A stretch of 64,000 bases of DNA from Phoronis australis (Eukaryota; Animalia; Phoronida): assembly GCA_002633005.1 (NCBI GenBank), contig NMRA01000049.1:1036011-1100010 (forward strand), read 5' to 3'. Both the position numbers and the translations under genes were made by a program. This document shows positions 39,127 to 50,927 of this stretch, piece after piece. The notes beneath the pieces are model-generated. The model had not been told where the DNA came from. It searched no databases and saw nothing but the letters and a program-made list of their open reading frames with translations. How positions within the stretch are numbered: position 1 is the first letter of the stretch; each line of letters opens with the position of its first letter.

Positions 39127-42100
39127 TTACAGCTCAGTGGTCAGCTGGTGAGTCATGGCCTGTATTCTCTTGGAGTTACAGTTTTTACACAGTATGTGGT
39201 CGTCCATGGGGTAGCAGCCACGCCCCTCGGCTTCAGACGACAACACTAGGGAGCAGTCCTACAAGATCGCAAATAAACTTTTGAATTCATAAATACATTA
39301 TACGGCATTGTGTTTAATAGTGGAGACAAATCAAGTAATTAAATAATTATAGAATGTGCAACTTAACTTAAAACAATATGGAGGTCAAGAGGTCTTCATC
39401 AACTATAGGAGGCAGCAGTATGCAGTATAATGCAAGAGTCATAACTACTTGTGATAGGAAACGACACAGGGGAGGTAAGTCAAAGTGATCTAATACAATA
39501 GTAATCACTCCTAAGGTGATACAAGTACCAATTTGCTTAAAATACTTGTTTTCACTAACAATCTACGAAAAAAGCCAGCCACTTGAATGTACATCAACTG
39601 TCTTTACAGAAATATTTGCACTTCGACTGTAACTCCCCCTGCAGTCATACTGTCTTGGGGAATAATACCAACTCTCGAGTCAATAGTTCTTGTCTGAAAC
39701 ACTAACCACATTCTTCTCATGAGCAGAAAGTAGTTACGAGAATCAACAAGAGATCAACTTTACAACAGTAAGTGGTCCAAACGAAAATTTATTTTTGACC
39801 ACAGGCGCGTGTTTATTGAACACAGGCGCGTGTTTATTGACCACAGGCGCGTGTTTATTGCCCCTTTATGATGCAGTGTTACCTACCTCACACTTATAGC
39901 AGCGCACGTGAAAACTACGATCCATGGCAACAACACGCACTGTCTCTTCCTGGCCATTCTCAGGCATTATGGGTAAGTGGCAGACACAGCAACGTGGAGC
40001 AAATTTTCTGCAATTCAGATAATGATCATCTGTTAGCTTTGATGATAGGTATGTTTTCAATATGAACCTTTGTGATGTAGTGCAAAGATTGTTAATTAAT
40101 GTTCAGGATATTTTGACATCTTCCCTTAAGGAAGAAGTCAGAATAACCAAAAATGAAATCATGTTTTGCCATTTAGGTTCTGAATTCTCCCTGTTGATTA
40201 ATTATGTTATCACTATCGCCCAATATTTTATTTATTTACGTAGCCAACAGCACTTGCATCCAGATTGGTCTGCCCTTAAAATATTCATGTCAAAATATAT
40301 AAAAATTTCAATATTTAATTTTCAAAAACAAAAAGAACCGGACAATATTAATATTAAAATGTGGGAGAGCCTCAGTGCTGCCATGCAATGAATCTGTAAT
40401 ATCTATAATATACTTAACTCATATATTGTTTAGTAGTATTATCATTAAATGATGAAGTGTGTGAATGAGTGTGCGAGTGTGTGAGTGAAAGTCCTTGCCC
40501 CTTTTCCTTGTTCACCCTTTAAAAATTATCAATGTATATTATTGAAGAATAAAATTATGAAAAAAAATATATATATGAACCATACTGTTCTGATTCTAAA
40601 CATTTCAAATAAATACAATTATCAATCTATTACTCTTTTGTTGAGAGCTTCATAAAATGAACCATGCATTGAAATCAATAACAAGAAAAACCTTTGCAAG
40701 AAATGATCCTCCCACACAATAAAAGCTTCTTTAGTTTCAAATTAAACTTATTAAAAACAGTTTGATGATGTGGCAGCCAACATTGCATAACTTGCAAGAA
40801 AATTTTGATATTTCCATACACTGAGGGCATTTTTAGTCTTTTTTATGATCTCAACTATATCTAATATACATTTCTAAATGACAAGGCAAATGCATTTATT
40901 TGCTGAAAATCACGTGACTTTTTCAATGGAGAGTGCCTGATATTTAATATCTGAAATCACTAAATTTTTGCATTTGCATTCTTTGTTCCTATTTTATGAG
41001 TACAAGTTTCGCATGAAACGATATTGTCTGGTAAATTACTAGTAAAAATCAAATAAGTTTATCTAAGGACATTCAGAAATTAAATAATAACAAATTATCT
41101 AAACTCAAATTGAACAAAACATGGGTCAAAGATCAGTGAGTCACTAGCATGTGCACTCATCTCTCACGCATATTTTACTAAAAATGACAAACTTCAACTC
41201 GACATCAATCAAGTTTGAGGCAGTAGATCCTCCTATTGACAATATCAATGAACTCCATTGAGTCCACCTTGAGGCAGTAGCTCCTCCTATTGACAATATC
41301 AATGAACTCCATTGAGTCCACCTTGTGGCAGTAGCTCCTCCTATTGACAGTATCAATGAACTCCATTGAGTCCACCTTGTGATCATGTGTTATCAGGAAT
41401 GCTAACGCAGTCTAATAAAAAAAAACTAAACAAAGGGTTCCACACCAGAACACAACAAGAATGGTGATTTTCAAAATGTCACTGCATTTGACTTTCAGAT
41501 TAATGAGACTACTTTATATAAACATTAGCATAGTGCTTCCAACTACAGTAAAATGCGGCAAAGTACTCCAACATTAATTTTTCTCGTAATCTGACAAAAC
41601 TACGTCAACACTAATTGCCATGAATGTAACATCTTTTATTAATAATAGTTGATAGTTTAATTAAAATAGGATAAAGGACATGGGTGAGGCTAATAAGCTG
41701 TCTTTATCTCGGCATGTCTCAGTCATTAGCAACCAAAAACTAGTAAAACTGTACATTTTCTGAAATTAAAAGAGAAACAAAATATTCTTCACTTGAAATT
41801 TCAACATAATGTAGTGCAGAAAGAGCAGAAAAAGAATATTTTAAAAGAAGCCTTTAAAGCCTAATATTGAATGGTAACACTAAGTTTGGTTCCTACAGTA
41901 TGTTAAGAGCATCGTTCTGACCCCACCAGTGCCACAAATTGCCAAATGTAATGAAGTGCTTGATTTGTCTAGGTCACCAGCATGAATCACCTTTTAATTC
42001 AAACAGCTAAGAACAATGATGTTCTATTCAAACCCCTATTCAATGCTACAATTATTGGCCTTTTGTTGTTTGTGTTAGGTTCTTGGGGTGATGCAATGTG

Positions 42101-45100
42101 GCACAAAAAGGCAACTTCACATATCATTTGACCGGTTTACATGTGAGTGATTAATTTCGCGTTTTCGTGTTTAACTAAGGCTTTGCTAGAACAACTTGGT
42201 TAGCCCAGTACAGCTAAAATAACGAAACTCCGTTCAAGATAGGTTTTAATGTAACCACAAGTTTGCTACAGCTTTTACCCAAAGAAATTGCTAACTAAAA
42301 ACTGAATATGTAGAAAGTGGCAACCTGTCATACTGAAAAAACAACAAAAACTTTTCTCACACTTTTTGTGGCATTTATCATCAGACACCATCTAGACAAA
42401 ACACTAACATGTAGAGCAGATGTACAAAAACAAAAAACATAAATACCACATACTTGTGAAAGTCATCAATACAGTGCACCTTGTTGCTTGCGTCTACTGT
42501 GAATGGTATCCCATCCAAGCTTACGCGACACACCACACAGGTGAAGCACTCTGGGTGGTAGGGTTTGCCAGTGGCTCTTAGAATCTGCAATAGGTTTTTA
42601 TTTTAATTATGACCAACAAAAACCAACTGCAAATGATTTGTAAATAGGACGGAAGGGCAAGGTTTACAAATCCATTTGGATACCACTGAGATCTGATACA
42701 ACTTATTTACATGTTTTTGCGTAACAAAGGCCCATCGTTAGGATATGATTGGTAAAAGAAGTCACAAACCTCGAAAACACATTATGTCAGCCATAGATCA
42801 TAACTTAAGACAAAGTGCCAATTTTACACTTGAATACGAGTCTTTTTGAACAACAAATTGCTGTAGTATTTTTGCATTCCTCTGCAACAAATTAATTGTA
42901 ACATATTTTACTGCTAACCAAATTTGTAGCCCCTTTGGACGCCCCTGTCATTTTCTCAACCAATTGCCATAAAGTGGTGTAAATAAACTTCAATGCGTCA
43001 CAGCTGAGGAGCTGCTTGACACCCACTTGGGAACCTAGAGTGCACTTTGTGTAGTATCTCATTATGACAGTTCTTTAGCGCAAAATATAGCCAACAAATG
43101 AAATTGTGTTTTGACAAATTTCTCCACTGGTGATAATTTTTCTCTCCCATAACTTAACACGATTCTATTTACAGGCTCTAACAAGAGATAAGATTGACGA
43201 TTCACCTCAACTGGAAATGATATAGCATAAACCTTATTTCACTTGTTTTTTCGTAGTCAGAACTAAAAACATCACCAGGCTAACTAAACAACATGGCTGT
43301 ACACTCGTGAACATAGTTTTGTTACTTACAGACACAGGATCACAAAACACAGTGCCATGCTCACAAAACAAAAAAATTGTGTCCAAATTCATAAATACAA
43401 ACCCCTGAATTTATGTCAGTGTAACATAATGGGGGGTCAGTGACTGAGTGGTGACTGTAAGTCAGGAGTAGTGTTTTTGGGTGTGTAACATATTTTGCAA
43501 ATCCTGCACCATATTTAGTGGCTGGTGACCTGTATTTGGTGGTCGGTGAGATGTGTTCGTGGTAAGGAAAGGACCTTCGTTAACCAGTGCAGCAGCCATG
43601 TTATTTGGGTAGCTTCACCAATACAAACAGGAATGTTTCATGTAGTAAGAGTGTGAGAATATAGAATTAGCAGTCCATTTATAATGAGTGCATTCAATTA
43701 AGAGGCCAATAGACTGATACTACTGTTTACAAGTCAATGGTTCAGCTTACCCGGTCTGTGATGGCTTGAAAACACACTGAGCATTTCTCCAAAGTGTTCT
43801 GAAATAAAACGCATAGAAACAGATTAATCTCTCACAAATCGTTTCCACCACAATTTCCTCGTGCATTTCGTGACGAGGAAAAGTAGTGTAATGGTGAAAT
43901 ACTTTTTAACTCTTTCACTGCCAAGTCATTTTAGGACGGCATTTCCCAGATTTTGAAGATACGCATAAGGAAGGCTTCAATGCTCAATAATTGCTCCTTG
44001 TTAACAGATTGTTATTAAACTTTCAGAGTAAGATGCATAGACATTGTTTTATAATGTTCTAAACTGATTCCACCTTACATTGAGGCAGGTATGTGCCAGG
44101 TAAAGAATTCAAGATTTCAGGTGAAAAAATACTATCAACAGTCAATATTCAGAGTTTTGGTTGATATTCATACCTCACCAGTCTAGGCACATACCTCGTT
44201 TCTTTAATCAGAATCATTTTGAATTTCAGTCAATTAAACCTCGACAATGTACAGTTTAGAGGCCATTGCATCAATCGTAATTTGACAGGCAAGAGGTCAA
44301 CTGAATTTTTATCATAAAAAGCAAAAAATCAAAAAGATTTGCAAAGTTTTCATTCATCTAATATTTTGAAAATTATTCAAACTAAAGGTACAGTGGTGAA
44401 TGTTCACAGTTCAAGGGTGGAAGGACATTTATTTCACTTCCACAATTAAGTGCCACACACCAAGAGGACAATGAGAGTTTAATTTAACTACATGATGATC
44501 TTCCACCTACCATGTAGCAGGGTTCACAGTGAGGCTCGCTTTCAACGTCAAAGAATGGCAATCCTTTCAGTTTACGATCTGAAAAGTGGACATATACTGC
44601 TGTAAACAGGACATAAATCAGTATTGAGTTTGTGAAGTTGAAATGGTAAAATAAGGAAATTTAAAATCTTGGTATATAAGTTTTAAGCTATTATGGTACT
44701 AAGCATTTAAAAAAAGATTGACATAATAATTGAGAAAGACACGCATTTTTGTGCAGCATAGCCAAAATGTACATTTTTTAAAACCATAACCAAAGCAACA
44801 CCAAAAACCTGGTCATAGTGCAAAATCAAATTACCAAGTCCAGTATGATCCCCCAAAGTAAAATTACCTGAGAGGACAAAATGTCTAAAAGGTGGTACCA
44901 TATCGTATTCCCACTAGCCCCGGTCTATGGGAGAGAGCGTCTGGGAGAATTGGTAATCCAACATAGTTGAATGGAGCCGCTGCCCCTTACTTTGACCCTG
45001 TGTTACTTTTGGTACTTACTGCAGACTTTACACACAAAACAGTCCACATGGTAGACGCTGTCCATGGCAGTGCAACCATTCTTCTCTCCAATTACTGAAG

Positions 45101-45918
45101 AGTTACACTTGCTGCATGTTGCTAGAATAATTCAGTGAAAATACATTTACAGAATGAACAAAATTTTGAGCAAGTGGATTCTAGTCCCAAACAAACACCC
45201 AAAAAAAAAGAATTACATAAGCCATTTCATGAAATCAAATAGAAGAGATCACAATTTTGATAATTTTGTATATTTTTCTATTGTTGTCACATGAAAATCA
45301 CCTTAAAAGGCTACCATTCTGTAGAGCTGTTGAATTTTAGCTTTTAACCGTTAGCATGTGAACAGTTTAAATAATTGAGTTATGAGTTACCATAGAAATC
45401 TGGTTCACCACTTGACTCCATGTTTTGCAACAGCAGATTTGTGAGTGCATCAACCTCTGCTTCAGACACGCTCTTCTGATGTCCTGCAGGGGGTGTTGGA
45501 CCATGACTAGGAGTGTACGTTTTTGTGGGTAGGGCACTTGGCATATTCTGGTTAGTCTTTGGCTGACCAGAATACGAGTACTGATTTCCTGTAGAGCTCT
45601 GTGTCTGATTAGACACATTAGCTGGTCGAGAGGATGACTGATGAGTGCCAAATGTGTACGCCGGACGATTAGAGGTCGTCTGGTATGTCATTGTGACTGG
45701 CTGCGGTGACGCCCTCTGTGGAGGAGGGTTGTAAGTGGGTGTGCTCCGCTGATTGTAGTTGGTATAACTGTGGTCCTCTGGTGAGTTGAGGAGATGGCTG
45801 GGTGGGGGAGGAAAGTCTGCCACATTCTGGTAGGTTGAACTGCTGTAGTCAGTGCGTGGTGGTGGTGGAGCCATCTGATGGTACGATGGTGCCGCCTGGT
45901 GGTAGTTGGAGGTGATAT
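39127..45918 (-). CDS. LPP: Zyxin-subfamily LIM protein (LPP/TRIP6/zyxin-like), 5'-partial; exons 45391-45918, 45020-45121, 44511-44578, 43751-43798, 42454-42584, 39887-40007, 39127-39258
   Basis: Seven GT-AG exons join in frame. They encode a Pro-rich region with DFPPPP and an NES-like [15 protein letters not shown], then LIM1 [32 protein letters not shown]2 [48 protein letters not shown] and LIM3 [54 protein letters not shown], ending LTTEL*. It is probably co-orthologous to vertebrate LPP/TRIP6/ZYX, so the symbol is approximate. The first exon found begins in phase 1, so upstream exon(s) are missing. Confidence 0.92.
39795..39860. repeat. 21-bp tandem repeat x3 (TTGACCACAGGCGCGTGTTTA)
   Basis: Three near-identical units about 27 nt from the donor site of the penultimate LPP-like exon. 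Confidence 0.9.
41215..41381. repeat. 54-bp tandem repeat x3
   Basis: TTGAGGCAGTAGCTCCTCCTATTGACAATATCAATGAACTCCATTGAGTCCACC occurs three times with few substitutions. Confidence 0.95.
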
Positions 45919-47673
45919 CTAGAACAGAAGTGGCAAGCCTTTATTACAGAATGGTTAAACAGTCCACCACTGCCCTGGGATGTAGGTTTAATTTTTTATG
46001 TGGTTATGATTTCTTTTGTAAATTATGATAAGTCAGATAAATGATAAATAGCTATGCAATAGTTTACTTCAAACCTTTCAAACGATCACTCAAATACTAT
46101 TACCAAACTTTTCAAATTTTTCAAATGAGCAAATTTTGCTTTGCGAAATGAATTTTCATACAGCAACAACAAAAAGTGTCTGTTCGAAAACAAGATTTCT
46201 AACCAAAGACAACAGCTTGTGGATTCATCAGGCATTCTCCAGGCATGAATTTTCCATGTCATTAACACCACTGAACTGTATCAAAGCCAGAGATGTACTG
46301 TTAACTAAATGCAGCACAGGTGTATTTAATGTATACACGGTAAATGCTATTCTATTTCAAACAGAATTAATTCTTAAAATCATCACTTAAGGCTATTTCG
46401 TACCAACTTAACCAGAGAAGTGTCAATCGACCTTTCCTACCAGCTTCAATAGTGAACTAACACCAAAGTTATCGCAGTATGATGCGCGGGATCATTAAAG
46501 TTATCACAAGATGGCGCCACTAAACCATTTTGCAGGCATATCGTGTATACACATATAAGGTCAAACAATAAAAGTCTTTTAAAGAAATGAATCGCCTGTG
46601 GCAGTAGAACGGTGATTATGTAGAAAAATAATCAAATAATACCAGATGGGAAAGCACTGGTTAGAAAAAAATCCCACTCTGTTTTAATTAGTGTATTGAA
46701 TTAGAGCAAGTTTTCAAAACATTTCTGATTTGGAAAATATACAAATAGAAGAACAAAAACTGTTTAAATTCAACATATGCAACATCCTTTGTTAAGACAC
46801 GCAACATGTTGATTTCTATAGAACCTATGAATTTTTGACAAAAATTGTAAGCTTGAATCATCGGACATCATACAATTGGTTGAACCCACAGGCATAATGC
46901 ATGGACATTTCTCGACATTTACTTGAACCTCAAAAGTTCACAGACACTAGTCATGGTGAGGTAGAATCTAATTAATGGGTTTTACAAGAGCATGCAGAGA
47001 AACCTTGATATACTTAATGCTCATATTACAAGATGCGTTTTCACTACAATTTGTGGTTTAAAGCCATGTGAGTAATTTAATTATACTCTCAAATCTCCAG
47101 TATGGAGATAGAAGAGAAGTCATGTATTACCCATTAGTATCATTGCTGACCCCATAATTTCTCCCTTAGCTGAGACACTGTGGAAGTAATGAGCAAAACG
47201 TAAGGAGAGACTCCAGCACTGTTAAAAGAGTTTATATATCTGAAAATCAGTAGCTTATAGCCTGAGTCATAGGCTTTCCAGAAATATCAGTTTAAAGATT
47301 ATTGACAAGTCGGGAACAGTATGTATTACAATTTGGTTAATTGTGGCCAATATAAAGTAACACAAGCTTGTGTTTTCAAGGGTGAATTTTGAGAAAAACA
47401 ACCAGAACTTCAGGCAATCTAAAAGGCCCTGAAAATGGGATGGGTAAAAACAACAGTTTGTTTACAGTCAAAGCATGTGGGTTAGATAGTGCGCCCAGTT
47501 ATTTTTATATTGGAGTACTCTGATAGAGAACGCCACCTGGTAATTAGTCTTTTTTACCGTCTATATCCACATCGCCTCTAATACAGTCGACCTCACCTTG
47601 CTGAGGTGTCACGTTAACCTGTGAGGAAGGTGAGAAACAACGCAGCGACGTCGGTGGTTCGTCTTCAGAGTGA

Positions 47674-47961
47674 ATGCCGCTATATTGCGGTGCATCGTTC
47701 CCGCTTGAAGCCGCGAAGAAAGCGGGTATATCGTTTTTTCGACTTCCTCGAGAGCCCGAAATGCTTAAAAAGTGGCTCGCGGTAGTGAAGAATGAAAGGT
47801 ATGCTGTTAATAGCAAGTATGAGGCCATGAAAAATCTCCGTGTCTCTGGCCAGAATTTCATTGACAGTGATTTCTCCGACGAATTCCGGCTTACCAAACT
47901 TAAGAACTATCCATATGTTCCGTTGCCTATGCATGTTCACGGCGCCTCTAGTATTTCTTGA
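47674..47961 (+). pseudogene. Degenerate THAP zinc-finger ORF (DNA-transposon remnant) in LPP-like intron/upstream region
   Basis: MPLYC..GISFFRLP..LKKW..R..LRVSGQNF..DF..LK...VP follows the THAP consensus (F-P, W, VCxxHF, VP), but the second Cys is absent and CxxH has become SxxN. It sits in a CpG-rich block, with a GTGAGT donor-like site at ~48050. Confidence 0.7.
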
Positions 47962-48520
47962 TCAGTGTATTCCGGTTCGAACTGATAGCCTGTGCAACCT
48001 AACGATCCGACCCGTGAAGTCTTCGTCAGATGAGCTGCGAAGAAAGCCGGGTGAGTTGCCATGTTGACGTTTATTATTCAGCGTTCTGTTTCAAAAAGAA
48101 TTATTCTCATCCTAAAATGATCCTAACCAATGCTTATATGAAACTGAAACAAAGTCTGTCTCATTAGATACATGCAAATGTTTTGAGAAGCCCGCAATGA
48201 ATAAACCACTGCGTTACCGGCTTAGTTTGATGCCAGCAACAAAGGTAATTGACCGGGCACCAAGGCCACGTGAGCGCATGCTAATTCGAGTGTTTGCTGA
48301 CAGAAAGCTGTTGTAAAACAATTACTCGATTTTATATGCTATGGTCACATGTTGGGGGAATCTTTATTTAGAAATACAAATACATTATTCAAATCATTGT
48401 TACTGTACAACCTTTGCCCTGACAGTCTGTGGAAGGGGAACCCGACTAGTCGCGCCCCCCCCCCCCCAACAAGTAAGTAGATTTTCAGTTTCGTGGCTAA
48501 ATCACATAAATAATTACATT

Positions 48521-48780
48521 CATGCGTGCACCCAGCCTTCAATTTGGGAGGGGCTCGAATTCCTGGCGATGTGGACCTTTTACTAACAAAATAGTCGGTC
48601 AACTAAAAAAACAGCACCACGATCAGAGCTGTACGTGTTGTGAATCGTGCTTGTGCACCTTTTTAGTGGACTTTTGTCCCGTTCTCTCGGACTTTTTGTT
48701 TCTCTGAGGCAGACCTTTTTACCCACTTTGCCAAATAGAGGGCTCATTCGAGCCCCCGAGCCCCCCTGCGTGCGCGAATG
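48521..48780. mobile_element. hAT-like MITE
   Basis: 15-bp imperfect TIR CATGCGTGCACCCAG / CTGCGTGCGCGAATG, with GGGCTCGAA/CGAGCCCCC subterminal repeats. The TSD is not clear. Confidence 0.55.
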
Positions 48781-49514
48781 TTATTTCTTTGGCTCACTAT
48801 TATAGTCTTTTCATGACTGGAGGTTTAGTTTCTAACTCAAGCTGGTTTATGTTCGTGCCAGTCGCGGCGGCTGCGACGGGCCTGATTGGGTTCCGAGCCA
48901 CTGGCCGGGATAACAAGCGTTTTGTACGTTTAGAACTAAAAAAATCAAAAGTATAACAACCAAACTTTGTAGGCTATGGGTGTGTACAAATACCAGTAAA
49001 TCCGTAACAGCGAAATAAAACAACACATTTTTATAAGAACTCTATGTATTTTAAATGGTTTTACATCGAAGTTTGATGATTTATTGGTGTTAAACAATGA
49101 ATTCAAGCGACAAGCTGACACCAGTAACCCATGTTGTGAACTGCTGAACAGACTGCGTATGAAACCAAATACGTCTCTGGATAATTTCAACATCTCCGTC
49201 TGCCATCAGGTGTCAGGTAACGCAACCGAACCTGCCGTTATCGAGTAGAACTCCACGACCTAAATTGATACAAAATAGGTTGTCTTTTGAGTAGCATTCT
49301 CCTTTTAAAGTACATAGGTCACCTAGGTGCTGGGAGTGAATTCCAGAATGGTTACTTGCATGTGGACTACAGCCATAACAATAGTTACATAGGGACACCA
49401 ACAATAGTTACATACCAGGGACACCAAATTAATCACCACTTAAGAAACAACTCCATCCTGCTAAATCACTTGGCCTTATGTAAGCAATTGATGACTACCC
49501 TGTAATCATTTATA

Positions 49515-49952
49515 AGGCACTTTCCCATTAGGGGAACTTCGGTTTATCGAATTGCGCCGAAACTTCGCTTGCCTTTCCGACTAGACAGCGATGTCAAAGT
49601 TATCGCGAAGATACCAGACAATGCAGTCCATTCCTACTCTCAAACAAATATTGAGTAGTGGGTTCGAGACTAACTGAAAATTGTTCTCCTGCCATTCACG
49701 AGTGCTTATTAAAATGATCAGTGTCATTCTTCATCAGATATACTTTCCTTTACTTATTTATGTGTGTTTAATGGGAGCACGTCGGCTAAGCTACAATATC
49801 AAAGAACATGTTTTGTGAGTCTCCCATGATCGTATATCATTGCCTCGACCTCTACCAATAGAAGTTTCACTCTGACCTTTCCCACTAAACCGAAGTTTTG
49901 GTGAGTACGGAAGCTTCGCTTTTAAATCCTACTATTTTAAGCGAAGTTTCGT
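49515..49952 (+). mobile_element. MITE family B copy 2 (3'-truncated)
   Basis: AGGCACTTTCCCATTAGGGGAACTTCGGTTT... is colinear with 3917-4448 and shares ATGATCAGTGTCATTCTTCATCAGATA and CCTACTATTTTAAGC. Confidence 0.8.
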
Positions 49953-50521
49953 TACCAGATTAACTAATTACCTGTGATAATGAACTATTCAGGTTTTTTT
50001 GGAGTTGGAATTTTAATTGATAGGCTGAAATATGAATATAATGGCCACGAATGAAGAATTAAAATTTAACACACAATGCCATGAGAGATGGGAACTTATA
50101 ACAAGGCACTTGCAAGTTACCGGCATTAGAAAAGTTCATTAAGATAATGTCTAAGTGATTGATTTTTAAGTTAGAATTAATCATGTTAGCCATGTGAATT
50201 TACAATTATAAACACTCCATGAATTATAATAGTACATTCATACCGTAACCATAGAAAATAAGGTAAGAAAAAGCACCAGATTTTTTAAACTTCGAAAACA
50301 CATTCCATGAAAATAATACAGATTTTTAAACTCAGCATGTGGTCTCACAACTGCAAAACATACTTGTAGTAGGGCAATAAATCCATTGTTTAATCCCAAA
50401 ATGATAATGAAAGACCAGGAAGATCTCCCATTGGAGGGTCTGATAGGGATGCTCCACTACTTGTTGTGGGTGTTATGCTCCACAAGGTGAGTACCTTAGC
50501 TTTGTACCTCAGCAATTATTA

Positions 50522-50927
50522 AGGGCCTTTCATACTAACGTCGACGCGACGATGGTTTGGGGAGTTGCTGTCAGTATGAACGCTCAACTCCGGTCCAATC
50601 GAAGTTATCGCCAGGTGCCACTGTTATCGTCAACAGTTACAGAGTAGTGCCGTCACTAATAACTACTTATTTTTTGTTCTAATGACAACCAATCGATTTA
50701 AAAATGAGTTTAATGTCATTTAGCACATTTAAATATTCCCAAATTGTCACATTGAAAAAAATCTTAGCGTGCAGCGCTACTTTGCAATAACTTCGATGAC
50801 ATCAGCTTCACCAACCCTTTACTTCGATGGTCATTAACTACCGAAGCCAGTATGAACGGTCCAGTTAACTGCGCTGTTTACGTCGACGCTCCTATCAGAC
50901 TGGAGTTAAGTCAATATGAAAGGGCCT
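50522..50927 (+). mobile_element. MITE family A copy 3 (internally deleted)
   Basis: TTA|AGGGCCTTTCATACTAAC ... GTCAATATGAAAGGGCCT|TTA has a clean 3-bp TTA TSD, typical of PIF/Harbinger. It lacks ~110 bp between two internal sub-repeats. Confidence 0.88.

Noticed and set aside
41144-41386. 80-aa ORF with an 18-aa repeat
   Set aside because: It is explained by the 54-bp intronic tandem repeat.
43430-43620. tRNA/SINE-like head (GGGGGTCAGTGACTGAGTGGT)
   Set aside because: Only an A-box-like word is present. No B-box or cloverleaf could be supported.
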